A DNA stretch of 64,000 bases from an uncultured Pseudomonadota bacterium (lineage in GTDB: Bacteria > Pseudomonadota > Alphaproteobacteria > JACZXZ01): assembly GCA_963749075.1 (NCBI GenBank), contig CAVVLJ010000002.1:1-64000 (forward strand). The letters run 5' to 3'. Shown piece by piece: positions 30,550 to 41,055 of the stretch (its first letter is position 1; the number at the start of each line of letters is the position of its first letter). The notes below the pieces were generated by a model that was not told the DNA's origin, did not search any database, and saw nothing but the letters and a program-made list of their open reading frames with translations. Both the position numbers and the translations under genes were made by a program.

Positions 30550-32145
30550 TCAGGAGGTGCCCTGCACCGCGGGCTCGGCGCCCTCGCGCAGCTTGGTCGA
30601 ATAGAAGGAGGCGTTGGCGCGGCCGGAGACGGCGTTCCGCGTGAAGGCGATGAGGTGATGGGCGACGAGGCCGACGTGGATCACGTCCTCGATGCGCCCG
30701 GCCTTGAGGAGTGGTGCCGCCATCTCCCAGAAGGTGGCGCGGTAATCCGAGAGCAGGCCCGCGCGCAAGAGAAGATTAAACATGATCCTCAAGCCCTTGC
30801 GGATGTTCGGCCAGGAGGCGCGCTGCGGGCTTGCCGGCGGCTTGAAGCGGTTGGGATAGGTGTGCACGACGTTGTAGGCAAAGCGCCGGTAGAGCTCCTT
30901 GGGCTCGTAGGCGATGGCCATGCACTCGCGCCACTCGGCCACCACCTGCTCGTAGGGCCGGCGGAAGACGACGTTCGACTCGCGCGCCGGGTCGTCGCTG
31001 AGCCTGCCCTCGGCCGCGAGCCGCGCGTGGAGCGGCGTGCGCGGCAGCGCCTCGAGGAGGTTGATGGTCAGCATCGGGATGTTGGAGCGGTGGATGAAGT
31101 CGAGCACGTTCCCGAGCGTCTCGGAGGTGTCGGTGTCGAGGCCGAGGATCATGCCGGCCACCACCTCCATGCCGTAGCTGTTGAGCGTGGCGATCGCCTC
31201 GTAGATCGGCACGGTGGTGTTGTGGTCCTTCGCCATCGCGTGCAGCGCATTGAGCTCGGGCGATTCGATGCCGCAGAAGATGGTGTTGAAGGTGGCCTCG
31301 CGCATGAGGGCGAGGAGCTCGGGCTGCTTCGCGATGTTGAGCGTCGCCTCGCAGGCGAACTCGATGGGATAGCCGTTCTTCTTCTGCCAGGCGACGAGGT
31401 GCGTCACCAGCTCGCGCGCCGCCTTGCGGTTGCCGATGAAATTGTCGTCGACGAAATAGACGGCGCCGAAGGTGCCGCGGGCGAGCATGATGTCGAGCTC
31501 GCGGGTCACCTGCTCGGGCGTCTTCAAGCGCGGGTTGCGGCCGTAGAGCGCCGGGATGTCGCAGAACTCGCAGCGGTAGGGGCAGCCGCTCGAGAACTGC
31601 ACGCTGCCGATGAAGTAGAGGTCGAGGCGCGCCAGATCGTAGGCCGGTACCGGGAAGTCGTTCAGCGCCACGCGGTCCTCGGTCATGCAGCGCACCTGTG
31701 CCGACGGCCGCCGCGGATCGGTGTCGAGAAGGGCGATCAGGCGGTCCGTGCCACAGCCAAGCTCGCCCAAGTGGAGATAGTCGAACTCGGGATAGTACTC
31801 CGGGCAGCCCGAGACCGAGGGCCCGCCCAGGACGGTGGTCTTGCCGAGGCCGTGCGCGCGGCGGTTGATGTCGTTGATCTGCGGGCGCTGCACGTGCATG
31901 CCGCTCACGAAGACCGCATCCGCCCACGCGAACTCGTCGTCGCGGGCGGGCCGGATGTTCTCGTCGACGAAGCGCACCTCCCACTTCTTCGGCAGGTAGG
32001 CGGCGATCACCAGGATGCCCTGGGGCGGCATGAAGGCGCGCGTGGTACCGCGCAGCGGATAGGCATATTGGAAGGTGCCGAAGGACGGCGCATAGGCGGG
32101 AAAGACGCACAGGATCTTGCGCCGATTGCGGACCGAAAGCGGCAT
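30550..32145 (-). CDS. hpnP: B12-binding radical SAM protein, hopanoid C-2 methylase-like
   Basis: ILCVFP.Y..SFGTF..AYPL, AFMPPQG.L.IAAYLP, SGMHVQ, CPYRCEFC, YFVDDNFIGN, NASFYS C-terminus. Confidence 0.82.
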   Translation of the reverse strand: MPLSVRNRRKILCVFPAYAPSFGTFQYAYPLRGTTRAFMPPQGILVIAAYLPKKWEVRFVDENIRPARDDEFAWADAVFVSGMHVQRPQINDINRRAHGLGKTTVLGGPSVSGCPEYYPEFDYLHLGELGCGTDRLIALLDTDPRRPSAQVRCMTEDRVALNDFPVPAYDLARLDLYFIGSVQFSSGCPYRCEFCDIPALYGRNPRLKTPEQVTRELDIMLARGTFGAVYFVDDNFIGNRKAARELVTHLVAWQKKNGYPIEFACEATLNIAKQPELLALMREATFNTIFCGIESPELNALHAMAKDHNTTVPIYEAIATLNSYGMEVVAGMILGLDTDTSETLGNVLDFIHRSNIPMLTINLLEALPRTPLHARLAAEGRLSDDPARESNVVFRRPYEQVVAEWRECMAIAYEPKELYRRFAYNVVHTYPNRFKPPASPQRASWPNIRKGLRIMFNLLLRAGLLSDYRATFWEMAAPLLKAGRIEDVIHVGLVAHHLIAFTRNAVSGRANASFYSTKLREGAEPAVQGTS

Positions 32146-32451
32146 CTCCGGGCGCCTCCATCGCACAGTCATGCCCGCCTTCGGCCGCCGAGCGGGCCCC
32201 AGGCGAAGCGCGGGGAGAGGCGCAAACACCGCATTCCGCCGGTCCCCGCGGACAGGGACCGGGTTCCTCCCCCGCGGCCTCGAGTTTGCCTTTTTGGCGG
32301 CTCTTTGACAATCGCCGCGTAGCCGGCTCCTCCGCTTGGCAAAGTGCCGCGGATTCCCGTTGCAACGGTTTGGCGTGCATACTCTATTTGGCGAGGGAGC
32401 GGTGCTGCGCCGAGGCAATGCCGGACGCCGCTCCAATGGAGGGCGGTGGCG

Positions 32452-33603
32452 ATGGCGGGAGCCTTGGCGGGTCTCAGCGTGCTCGATCTGACGCAGCATC
32501 TCTCGGGCCCCTATTGCGCCATGCTGCTCGCCGATCAAGGCGCCGACGTGATCAAGATCGAGAAGCCCGGCGGCGACGACGCGCGCCGCATGCCGCCCTT
32601 CGTCGGCGGCGAGGGTGCGCCCTTCATGCTGTGGAACCGCAACAAGCGGAGCGTCGTCCTCGACCTCAAGAGCACGGACGGCCTCGCCTCTTTCGAGAAG
32701 CTCGCGCGCGGCGCCGACGTGCTGATCGAGAACTTCCGGCCGGGGACCGCCGAGCGCATGGGCATCGGCTACGGCCGCTTGGCGGCGCGGAACCCGCGGC
32801 TCGTCTATTGCTCGATCTCCGGCTTCGGGCAGAGCGGGCCCTATCGCGGCCGCGGGGGCTTCGATCTCATGATCCAGGCCATGTCGGGCCTGATGTCCGT
32901 GAACGGCGATCCGCACGGCCCGCCCATGCGGCTCCCCGTCGCGATCTCCGACGTGGCGGCGGGCCTCTTCGGCGCGGTCGGCATCCTCTCGGCACTCGCT
33001 GCGCGCGAGCGCACGGGGCGCGGCCAAGAGGTCGACGTCTCGCTCTATGAGTCGGCGGTCGCCTTCGGCGTCTACGAGGCGGCGCATTACTTCGCCACGG
33101 GAGAGAACCCGCCGCGCCTGGGTCAGGCCCATCGCGGCAGCTCGCCCTACCAGGTGTTCCGCACCAAGGACGGCTGGATCACGCTGGGCGGCGGCACCCA
33201 GGAGCTCTGGCTGCGCATCTGCCGCCTGCTCGGCTGCGAGGAGCTCGCCCGCGACCCGCGCTTCAGCGACAACGCTGCACGCGTCGCCAACAACGCCGCA
33301 TTGGTCGAACTCCTCGAGCCGCGCCTCGCGCGCGAGAGCAACGCCCATTGGCTGGCGCTCCTAGGCGAGCACGGCGTTCCGGCGGGGCCGGTCATGAGCC
33401 ACGCCGAGCTCTTCGCCGATCCCCAGGCGCGCGCCCGCGAGATGGCGGTCGAGGTCAAGCACCCGAGCGCCGGACGCATGAGGACGCTCGGCGTGCCGGT
33501 CAAGCTCTCCGAGACCGCGGGCGGCGTGCGGCGCCCGGCGCCGCTCCTCGGCGAGCACACGGCGGAGGTGTTAGCCGAGCTCGCGCGCACCGCGGCGGAG
33601 TAG
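32452..33603 (+). CDS. CaiB/BaiF family III CoA transferase
   Basis: VLDL...SGP, GADVIKIE.P.GD, NRNKRS, ENFRPG, SISGFGQ.GPY, APLLGEHT. Confidence 0.92.
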   Translation: MAGALAGLSVLDLTQHLSGPYCAMLLADQGADVIKIEKPGGDDARRMPPFVGGEGAPFMLWNRNKRSVVLDLKSTDGLASFEKLARGADVLIENFRPGTAERMGIGYGRLAARNPRLVYCSISGFGQSGPYRGRGGFDLMIQAMSGLMSVNGDPHGPPMRLPVAISDVAAGLFGAVGILSALAARERTGRGQEVDVSLYESAVAFGVYEAAHYFATGENPPRLGQAHRGSSPYQVFRTKDGWITLGGGTQELWLRICRLLGCEELARDPRFSDNAARVANNAALVELLEPRLARESNAHWLALLGEHGVPAGPVMSHAELFADPQARAREMAVEVKHPSAGRMRTLGVPVKLSETAGGVRRPAPLLGEHTAEVLAELARTAAE

Positions 33604-33749
33604 CCCATCGCGTCTTGCTCGTTTCTCTCCTTAGCGTCGGGGAAAGCGATTGTGCTAAGCTCCTCGATCGCTTCGTCATTGCCGGCGAGCTCGAACGGCC
33701 GTCGGCGGGGGTAGCCCGGAGCAGCGAGCAGCGAGCAGGGAGCAGCGCT

Positions 33750-34310
33750 ATGTTTGATCTCGACGGGTTTATTGCCGACTGTCGGACCGCCGTCGGCGCG
33801 GACCCGACCCACAAGGCGGTACGGGAGATCGTCGCCCGTGCCGTTGCCGAACCTGGTGCCGTGCTCAAGGCCGTCGGCGAGCCGCGCGAGGCCGGGGTCA
33901 AGAAAATCTATCACGCCGGCGATCTGACGATCCTCAACGTGATCTGGGCGCCGATGATGACGATCATGCCGCATGACCATCGCATGTGGGCCGTGATCGG
34001 AGTCTATACCGGGCGCGAGGACAACATGTTCTGGCGCCGGCTCGACGGTGCCCCGGGCCGAGCCGGGATCGAGGCGGCCGGGGCGCGGGCGCTGAGCGTC
34101 GGCGACGCCGAGCCCTTGGGCCGCGACATCGTCCATTCGGTGACCAACCCGATCCCGCGCCTGACCGGCGCCCTCCACGTCTATGGCGGCGATTTCTTTG
34201 CCGTCGCGCGCAGCGAATGGGATGCCGAGACGCTGACGGAGCGGCCGTACGACATGGAGAAGAACATCCGCCTCTTTGCCGAGGCGAACGCCCGCTTCGC
34301 GCGGGTCTGA
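33750..34310 (+). CDS. Cysteine dioxygenase-like cupin protein
   Basis: LTILNVIWAP.M..MPHDH.MWAVIGVY.GRE.N, IVHSVTNP, ALHVYGGDF. Confidence 0.75.
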   Translation: MFDLDGFIADCRTAVGADPTHKAVREIVARAVAEPGAVLKAVGEPREAGVKKIYHAGDLTILNVIWAPMMTIMPHDHRMWAVIGVYTGREDNMFWRRLDGAPGRAGIEAAGARALSVGDAEPLGRDIVHSVTNPIPRLTGALHVYGGDFFAVARSEWDAETLTERPYDMEKNIRLFAEANARFARV

Positions 34311-34364
34311 GCACACGCCGCGCCGCGGCCGATGCGGGAGCCGTTGGCCGTGGCGGAGGTAACC

Positions 34365-36746
34365 ATGCCGCAAGACGGCTCGCGACAACGCATCCGGGGC
34401 TATTGCGCGCTCTGCCGCTCGCGCTGCGGTGCCGTCTCCGTGGTCGAGGACGGCCGCCTCGTGGCGCTCGAGCCCGATCCCGAGCATCCGACGGGGCGTG
34501 CGCTCTGCGCCAAGGGGCGCGCTGCACCCGAGCTCGTCCACAGCCCCGACCGCCTGCTCCATCCGATCAAGCGCACGCGGCCCAAGGATGAAGCGGATCC
34601 CGGCTGGCAGCGCATCGGCTGGGACGAGGCGCTCGACACGACTGCGCGGGCGCTCGGGCGGTTGCGCCGGGAGAGCGGCGCCGAGAGCGTCGCCTTCTCC
34701 GTTACCACGCCGAGCGGCACGGCGCTCTCGGACGGCATCCTTTGGATCGAGCGCCTCATCAATGCCTTCGGCAGCCCCAACTGGGTCTATGGCACCGAGC
34801 TCTGCAATTGGCACAAGGACTACGCGCGCGCCTTCACCTTCGGCGTCGGCGTCACGGCGCCCGATTACGAGCGCACCGGCTGCGTGCTCTTCTGGGGGCA
34901 CAACCCGAGCACCGCCTGGCTCACCCACGCGAGCGCGGCCGCCGCGGCCAAGGCGCGCGGCGCCAAGCTCATCGTCGTCGATCCGCGCCAGGCCGGGCTC
35001 GCCAACAAGGCCGATCTTTGGCTGCGCGTGCGGCCGGGCTCGGACGGCGCCCTCGCCCTCGCCGTGGCCGGCGTCATGATCGAGGAGGGCTGGTACGACC
35101 GCGACTTCATGCGCGATTGGAGCAACGGCCCGCTCCTCGTCCATCCGGCAAGCGGGCGCTTCCTCACTGCGGCCGATCTCGCGGCGGGCGGCGGCGCGGA
35201 GGAGCTCGTCGCCTGGGACGAGGTGCGCGGGTGCCCCATACTCTACGATCCCCGGAGCGGCGTTTATGAGAGCGCTGCGGCGCGCCCGGCGCTCCTCGGC
35301 AGCTATGAGCTCGAGACGAGCGCCGGACGTTTCGCCTGCCCGACCGCGTTCGAGCTCTACCGCGGGCTCTGCCGGCGCTATACGCCCGAGCGGGCGGCCG
35401 AGATTTGCTGGCTGAAGCCCGGGGAGGTGCGCGCCATGGCGCGCCTCCTCCACGAGAGCCGGCCCGTCGCCTATTACGGCTGGACCGGCGTCGGCCAGCA
35501 CACCAACGCGACGCAGACCGACCGCGCCATCGCCCTCGTATGCGCGCTCACCGGCAGCTTCGATGCGCCCGGCGGCAACGTCATCTTCGCGCGCGTGCCG
35601 GTGGGCGACGTGCGCGGCGCCGAGCTCATGCCGGCGGGCCAGCGCCTGAAGACGATCGGCCTCGCCGAGCGGCCGCTCGGCCCGCCCCGCGGCGGCTGGG
35701 TCACCGGGCGCGATCTCTACGACGCCATCCTCACGGGTAAGCCCTATACCGTGCGCGGCCTCGTGGGCTTCGGCGCCAATCTTCTCGTCGCCCACGCGGA
35801 CGCGGCGCGCGGCAATGAGGCGCTCCGCCGTCTCGAGTTCTTCGTGCACGCGGATCTCTTCATGACGCCGACGGCCGCGCTCGCCGACATCGTGCTGCCG
35901 GTGGCGAGCGCCTGGGAGCGCGACGGCCTGCGCACCGGCTTCGAGGTGAGCCAGGCCGCCGAAAGCTTGGTGCAGTACCGCGTGCCGGTCGTGCCCCCGC
36001 GCGGCGAAGCACGCTCGGACAGCGCCATCGTCTTCGACCTCGCCCAGCGGCTCGGCCTCGGCAAGGACTTCTGGGACGGCGATCTCGAGGCCGGCTATCG
36101 CGCCATCCTCGCCCCCTCGGGCCTCTCGCTCGAGGCGCTCCGCGCTCAGCCGGGCGGCATCCGAGTGCCGCTTGCGACGCGCTTTCGCAAATACGCCGGC
36201 GACGGCAGCGGCCCGCCGCCCGGCTTCGCGACGCCCACGCGCAAGGTCGAGGTCTATTCGGAGCAGCTCCTCGCGCACGGCCAGGCGCCGCTCCCCGACT
36301 TCGTCGAGCCCGCGGTGGGACCCGTGAGCCGCCCCGATCTCGCCGAGCGCTTCCCCCTCGTGCTCACCAGCGCCAAGACGCCGCAGTACTGCCACAGCCA
36401 GCAGCGCAATCTGCCGCGCCTGCGCCGCCTCGTGCCGGACCCGCTCGTCGAGATGCATCCCATGACCGCCGCCGCGCGCGGTATTGCCGAGGGCGACTGG
36501 GTGTCGATCAGGACGCCGCACGGCGAGGTCCGCGCCCGTGCCCGCTTGCGCGCGAGCCTGGACGCGCGGGTCGTCGCCGGCCAGCACGGCTGGTGGCAGG
36601 CCTGCCGCGAGCTCGGCCTCGAGGGCTACCCCGCCCTCGGGCCGGGAAGCGCCAACTTCAACGCCATCATCAACGCGGACGCCGCCGACCCCATCAGCGG
36701 CGCTCCCGCCCACCGCTCCTTCCTCTGCGAGGTCTCCAAGCTCTGA
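34365..36746 (+). CDS. Molybdopterin-dependent oxidoreductase (DMSO reductase family)
   Basis: N-terminal CALCRSRC...C [4Fe-4S] motif, DRLLHP, WG.NP, RPGSDGALAL, ADIVLP, HSQ.R, VEMHP; no Tat signal. Confidence 0.9.
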   Translation: MPQDGSRQRIRGYCALCRSRCGAVSVVEDGRLVALEPDPEHPTGRALCAKGRAAPELVHSPDRLLHPIKRTRPKDEADPGWQRIGWDEALDTTARALGRLRRESGAESVAFSVTTPSGTALSDGILWIERLINAFGSPNWVYGTELCNWHKDYARAFTFGVGVTAPDYERTGCVLFWGHNPSTAWLTHASAAAAAKARGAKLIVVDPRQAGLANKADLWLRVRPGSDGALALAVAGVMIEEGWYDRDFMRDWSNGPLLVHPASGRFLTAADLAAGGGAEELVAWDEVRGCPILYDPRSGVYESAAARPALLGSYELETSAGRFACPTAFELYRGLCRRYTPERAAEICWLKPGEVRAMARLLHESRPVAYYGWTGVGQHTNATQTDRAIALVCALTGSFDAPGGNVIFARVPVGDVRGAELMPAGQRLKTIGLAERPLGPPRGGWVTGRDLYDAILTGKPYTVRGLVGFGANLLVAHADAARGNEALRRLEFFVHADLFMTPTAALADIVLPVASAWERDGLRTGFEVSQAAESLVQYRVPVVPPRGEARSDSAIVFDLAQRLGLGKDFWDGDLEAGYRAILAPSGLSLEALRAQPGGIRVPLATRFRKYAGDGSGPPPGFATPTRKVEVYSEQLLAHGQAPLPDFVEPAVGPVSRPDLAERFPLVLTSAKTPQYCHSQQRNLPRLRRLVPDPLVEMHPMTAAARGIAEGDWVSIRTPHGEVRARARLRASLDARVVAGQHGWWQACRELGLEGYPALGPGSANFNAIINADAADPISGAPAHRSFLCEVSKL

Positions 36747-36794
36747 GCGCTGGCCCCCTCTGCCGCTTGCGGGAGAGGGATTTCTCCCCCTCGC

Positions 36795-37217
36795 TCAGGG
36801 GGCGGCCGTCGCGTAACTGGCGCGGCCGACCGCCACGAGCTGGCCCGTGTCGTTCGCGATGTCGACGTTGACCACGCCCACGCTCTTGCCGCTGCGCCGC
36901 ACGCGGGCGGTCGCGGTGAGCGCCGTGCCGATCGCCGGGCGCAGGTAATCGACGCGGAAGTTGATGGTCGGCAGCGGCCGCCCGAGCATCATGATGAGCG
37001 CATAATCGCCGACCGTGTCGATGACGGCGGCGATCGGACCGCCGTGCCATTGGCCGCTTCCAGGCCCGCGCTCGAACTCGGGCCGCATGGTCAGGCGCAT
37101 GACCACTTCCTGCTTCTCGGGATCGGCGCTCACCACCTCGAGGCCGAGGAAGCTGATGAAGGGGGAGCGGGAGAGCCTCTCCTGGAGCTCCTCGCGGCTC
37201 AAGGGTACCGTGCTCAC
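36795..37217 (-). CDS. PaaI-family thioesterase
   Basis: WHGGPIAAVIDT, TINFRVDYLRPA, GKSVGV. Confidence 0.88.
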   Translation of the reverse strand: MSTVPLSREELQERLSRSPFISFLGLEVVSADPEKQEVVMRLTMRPEFERGPGSGQWHGGPIAAVIDTVGDYALIMMLGRPLPTINFRVDYLRPAIGTALTATARVRRSGKSVGVVNVDIANDTGQLVAVGRASYATAAP

Positions 37218-38227
37218 GGCGTCACCACCAGCTTGCCGAAGATCTCGCGGTCCTCGATGCGGCGCAGCGCCTCGCGCGCCTCATGAAGCGGGAAGGTGGC
37301 CTCCACCAGCACCTTGAGCTTGCCGCTCGCGACGAGCCCGAGAAGCGCCGTCACGTCCTCCCGCGCCCAGCCGTTCGAGCCCTGGATCGTGAGCTCGAAG
37401 GTCCAGATGAAGCGGATGTCCTCCGGCGGATCGTAGCCCGCTGTGGCGCCGCAGGTGAGGAGCCGCCCGCCCACGCGCAGGCAGCGCATGGAGCGCGTCC
37501 AGGTCTCGCCGCCGGTATAGTTCACCACCACGTCGACGCCGCGGTCGCTGCCCTCGCCGCGGCGAACCGGCTTGCCGTAGAGTGCGTGGACCTCCCGCAC
37601 GAAATCGCGCTCGTGGTAATTGATCGCATGGTCTGCGCCGAGGGCGATGAGGCGGGCCGCCTTCTCGTCGCTGCCGGCGCAGGCGATCACGCGGGCGCCC
37701 GCGAGCTTGGCAAGCTGGAGTGCGCACACGCCGACGCCGCCGCTCGCCCCCAGGATGAGCACCTTTTCGCCATGCGAGACCTTGCCGTTCGTCACCATCA
37801 TGCGCATGGCGGTGCCGTAGGCGCAGGGCAGTGCCGCCGCATCGACGTAGGAGACACCGTCGGGGATGCGGATGAGCTGGTGCGCGCGCGCGCGGCAGAG
37901 CTCGGCCAACCCGCCGTGCACGGTCTCGCCCATGAGGCCGCCCTCGACGCGGTTGATCGGGTCGATGAGCACGCGCTCGCCGGTCTCCCAGCCCGCGACG
38001 CCCGGTCCGAGGGCCAGGATCTCGCCTGCGATGTCGAGCCCCATGATGGCGGGCAGCGGCACCTTGATGCCCGGCATGCCGCGGCGCGTGAAGATGTCGT
38101 GGTAATTGAGCGACGTCGCCTTGACCTTCACCAGCACGTCGCCCTCGCCGATCCTGGGATCGGGAAAGTCGGGCTCGAGACGGAGCCGGTCCAAGCCGCC
38201 GTGCTCGCGCAACACCAATGCCTTCAT
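37214..38227 (-). CDS. Zinc-binding dehydrogenase / quinone oxidoreductase (MDR family)
   Basis: SLNYHD, G.D.AG, VLILGASGGVG, GGRL.TCGAT.G. Confidence 0.88.
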   Translation of the reverse strand: MKALVLREHGGLDRLRLEPDFPDPRIGEGDVLVKVKATSLNYHDIFTRRGMPGIKVPLPAIMGLDIAGEILALGPGVAGWETGERVLIDPINRVEGGLMGETVHGGLAELCRARAHQLIRIPDGVSYVDAAALPCAYGTAMRMMVTNGKVSHGEKVLILGASGGVGVCALQLAKLAGARVIACAGSDEKAARLIALGADHAINYHERDFVREVHALYGKPVRRGEGSDRGVDVVVNYTGGETWTRSMRCLRVGGRLLTCGATAGYDPPEDIRFIWTFELTIQGSNGWAREDVTALLGLVASGKLKVLVEATFPLHEAREALRRIEDREIFGKLVVTP

Positions 38228-38264
38228 CGCCTTTGCCCCACTCTCGATCTCCTCCGCGCGGCGC

Positions 38265-39845
38265 TCAGCTGCCGTCCTCGGCGAGCCGCGCGAGCGCCCG
38301 CCGGTCGATCTTGTTGGTGCCCGCAAGCGGCAGGGCGTCCAAGAACCAGACCCGCCGCGGATGCTGGTAGGCGGGCGCGTGGGCGAGGGCGAATTCCTTG
38401 ACCTCCTGCTCGGTAAGCACCACCCCCGGCTGCACGACGACGAAGGCGACGGGCTTCTGCCATTTGAGCTCGTCCTTGACCGGCACCACGCAGGCCTGGT
38501 GCACCGCCGGGTGGCGCTCGAGCATCTTCTCGACCTCGCCCGGATAGATGTTCTCGCCGCCGCACACGAACATGTCGTCGGCGCGGCCGACGAAGAAGAA
38601 GAAGCCCTGGGCGTCGCGGTGGAAGACGTCGCCCGTCACGTAGTAGCCGTCCGCCGTCATGGCCTTCCGCGTCGCCTCGGGCAGCTTGTGATACTCGCTC
38701 ATCAAGGCGGGGCATTTCATCTCGAGAACGCCTTCCTCGGCCGCACCGCCGCCGCCGCCCGCGAGGCGCAACTCGACCTCGGGATGGGCGCAGCCGAGCG
38801 AGAGGAGCGGCGTTGCGAGCCCCGCCGGGTGCGGTGCGAAGACGATGGGGCCGGCCTCGGTGGTGCCATAGCCGTTGCTCATCGCGGCGCGCGGGAAGAG
38901 GGCGCTGAGCGCCTCAGCCAGCGCCTGCGACACCGGCGCCGAGCCCATGCGCAGCGCCGTGACGGAGGCGAGGTCGGTCTCATGGAGGCGGCGCTCCTCG
39001 CGCAGCATCATCGCCATCATGGTCGGCACCGAGGTGAGCAGCGTCGGCCGATAGCGGCCGATCGCCTCGATGTAGCTCGCGGCCGCGAAGGCGGGGAGGA
39101 GCACCACGGTGTCGTGCAGCGCCAATGCGGTCTGGCACGTCGAGAGCGCATTCATATGATAAAGGGGTGCCGCCACGAGCGTGCGCTGGTCCGCGCCAGG
39201 CTTCGCGCGCGCACGCACGTCGAGGACCCAGAGATGGCTCTCGTGCGACAGCACGACGCCCTTCGGCCGGCCCGTCGAGCCCGAGGTGTAGAGGAACATC
39301 GCGGTCTCGCCCGGTGCCGGACGCACGGCGGCAAAGGAGCCCGGCGACATCAGCCGCTCGAAGCCGTCCTCCCCCGTGCCGCCGAAAAGCCGCCGCGGAA
39401 GGTCCGGCGGCGAGAGGGCCAGCCGCTCGGCATCGGCGAGGACGAGCTTGGCATCGGCGTCGCGGAGGATGTAGTCGACGGTCTCGCGCGGCAGCTTGGT
39501 ATTGACCGGCACCGAGACGAGCCCGGCCCGCATGGTGCCGAGGAAGGCCGTGAGAAATTCCGCGCGATTGCCGGAGAGGATGGCGACGCGGTCGCCGCGC
39601 GAGAGGCCCGAGGCCAGGAGGCCGCGCGCCGCCGCGTCGCTCAGCTCGTCGATCTCGCGGAAGGAGTAGGTGCGCGGGCCCGCCTCGCCGCCGAGATCGA
39701 TGAGCGCCGGCGCCTCGCCGTCGCCTGCGCGGTTCACGGCGTCACCCTGGTTGTCGATGTGGCGCCGGCCCGCCGCACGCGCTAGTGCGGCTCCCCATGT
39801 CCGCCGCTCGATGTCCCCGCTCCCCTCCATGACCGGCCCGCTCAC
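38265..39845 (-). CDS. Class I adenylate-forming enzyme (acyl-CoA ligase)
   Basis: [41 protein letters not shown]; start uncertain. Confidence 0.88.
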   Translation of the reverse strand: MSGPVMEGSGDIERRTWGAALARAAGRRHIDNQGDAVNRAGDGEAPALIDLGGEAGPRTYSFREIDELSDAAARGLLASGLSRGDRVAILSGNRAEFLTAFLGTMRAGLVSVPVNTKLPRETVDYILRDADAKLVLADAERLALSPPDLPRRLFGGTGEDGFERLMSPGSFAAVRPAPGETAMFLYTSGSTGRPKGVVLSHESHLWVLDVRARAKPGADQRTLVAAPLYHMNALSTCQTALALHDTVVLLPAFAAASYIEAIGRYRPTLLTSVPTMMAMMLREERRLHETDLASVTALRMGSAPVSQALAEALSALFPRAAMSNGYGTTEAGPIVFAPHPAGLATPLLSLGCAHPEVELRLAGGGGGAAEEGVLEMKCPALMSEYHKLPEATRKAMTADGYYVTGDVFHRDAQGFFFFVGRADDMFVCGGENIYPGEVEKMLERHPAVHQACVVPVKDELKWQKPVAFVVVQPGVVLTEQEVKEFALAHAPAYQHPRRVWFLDALPLAGTNKIDRRALARLAEDGS

Positions 39846-39861
39846 GGCGCTCGTCCCGCCC

Positions 39862-40707
39862 CTACTCGACGAACTCGAGCGTCACGTTCATCGCCGCCCG
39901 GGCCGGCACCAGGATGCGCCACGGCTCGACGCGCACGCCCGTAATGCCGCCCGCCGCGAGCGCTGCTTGAGCCTTCGGGAGCGCCGTGGTGCGGAGTGCG
40001 AGGAGCGCCATATAGTCCGCGCGGCCCGCGGGGTCGGGCGCGGCCTCGCCCAGCTTCTCCGCCAGCGCCGCGTGCGTGACGAACTCGACCTCGGCCGTCC
40101 CTGCCGCGAGCCTCCGCGAGCCGCCGGGTCCGGCACTCACCGCGCCCGCCCCGAACATCGCCGCCAGGGCCTCCCCTGCTGCCTGCGGCTCGCCGACCGC
40201 GATGACGATGCGGGCGATGTGGGTGGCGCCGTTCGCGTGGCAGCACCACTCCGGCCGCCACACCAGCTCGGGCGTGAAGTGATGGCAGAAATAGACGCGG
40301 CCGTAGGAGAAGCTGCCGGGGCGGAAGCGCATGACGCGGAACCTGGCGTCCTCTGTTCCTTCGGGCAAGACGACCGGGCGCGAGAAGGAGTTGGGCTCGT
40401 CCGCCGGCAGGCCGAGCGCCTTGAGCTCGCCGTAGAGCTTGTCCGGCGCGTCGGCCTGGAAGACGAGGCCGTTGAGGCCGACCGGATAGCGCGCGATCTC
40501 GGGCCGCGCAGCGCTCGCCGCCCCGTCGAGTCCGAGGAGCTCGAGATAGTCGGTCGCGAAGACGGCGAGATGGTTGCTCGAGCCCATGCTGTGCCGGCTC
40601 AGCGCGGTCATGTGGAAGCCGAGCGCCCGATAGACGGCGAGCGCCTCGTCCAGGCGCCCGCGCGCGTCGACCACCACATGGTCCAGCCGGGGAGGTGCGA
40701 TTGCCAT
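39862..40707 (-). CDS. VOC / glyoxalase-like domain protein
   Basis: LDHVV, YR.LGF, GS.NHL.VF..DYLELL, YFCHH.TPELVW, HANGA. Confidence 0.85.
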   Translation of the reverse strand: MAIAPPRLDHVVVDARGRLDEALAVYRALGFHMTALSRHSMGSSNHLAVFATDYLELLGLDGAASAARPEIARYPVGLNGLVFQADAPDKLYGELKALGLPADEPNSFSRPVVLPEGTEDARFRVMRFRPGSFSYGRVYFCHHFTPELVWRPEWCCHANGATHIARIVIAVGEPQAAGEALAAMFGAGAVSAGPGGSRRLAAGTAEVEFVTHAALAEKLGEAAPDPAGRADYMALLALRTTALPKAQAALAAGGITGVRVEPWRILVPARAAMNVTLEFVE

Positions 40708-40791
40708 AGGGGTCCGCGAAGCTTGGGGCAAGGGCGATCCGAGTGCGGCAGCCTAGCCATTGGCCGCGCTTGAGTCCATGGCGGCGCCGCT

Positions 40792-40963
40792 CGGATTTCC
40801 TCATCCTTCGAGACAGGCCTGTGGCCCTCCTCAGGATGAGGAAATCCGCAAAACGTCGGGGCCGCCTCACCCTGAGGAGCGCGCCGCGGGCCGAAGGCCC
40901 GCTCTCTTGCATGATGCAAAAGAGGCGCGCTTGCGCGCCGGGCGCGCGTCTCGAAGGGCGAGG
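40792..40963. repeat. REP-like element, family D (CATCCTTCGAGAC...CTCCTCAGGATGAGG), two inverted units
   Basis: 16-bp perfect inverted repeat 40792-40807/40833-40848; second unit CCTCACCCTGAGGAG...GTCTCGAAGGG. Confidence 0.75.
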
Positions 40964-41055
40964 CGGCCACAGGCGGTCCGCCTCCGCGAAGGCGATTGCA
41001 TCCTTCGGCGCGGCGTGGCCTATGATCGTGCCGGCAACGTCGGGAAGGCCCGCTC

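Noticed and set aside
30550-33348. Extended ORF-track proteins (932-aa HpnP, 657-aa DapA, 859-aa SBP, 589-aa ADH) as fusions
   Set aside because: The N-terminal extensions overlap neighbouring genes; the true starts lie downstream, where family motifs begin
33719-33747. GAGCAGC x4 short tandem repeat before the cupin start
   Set aside because: Short and imperfect, and includes the RBS; insufficient evidence for phase variation
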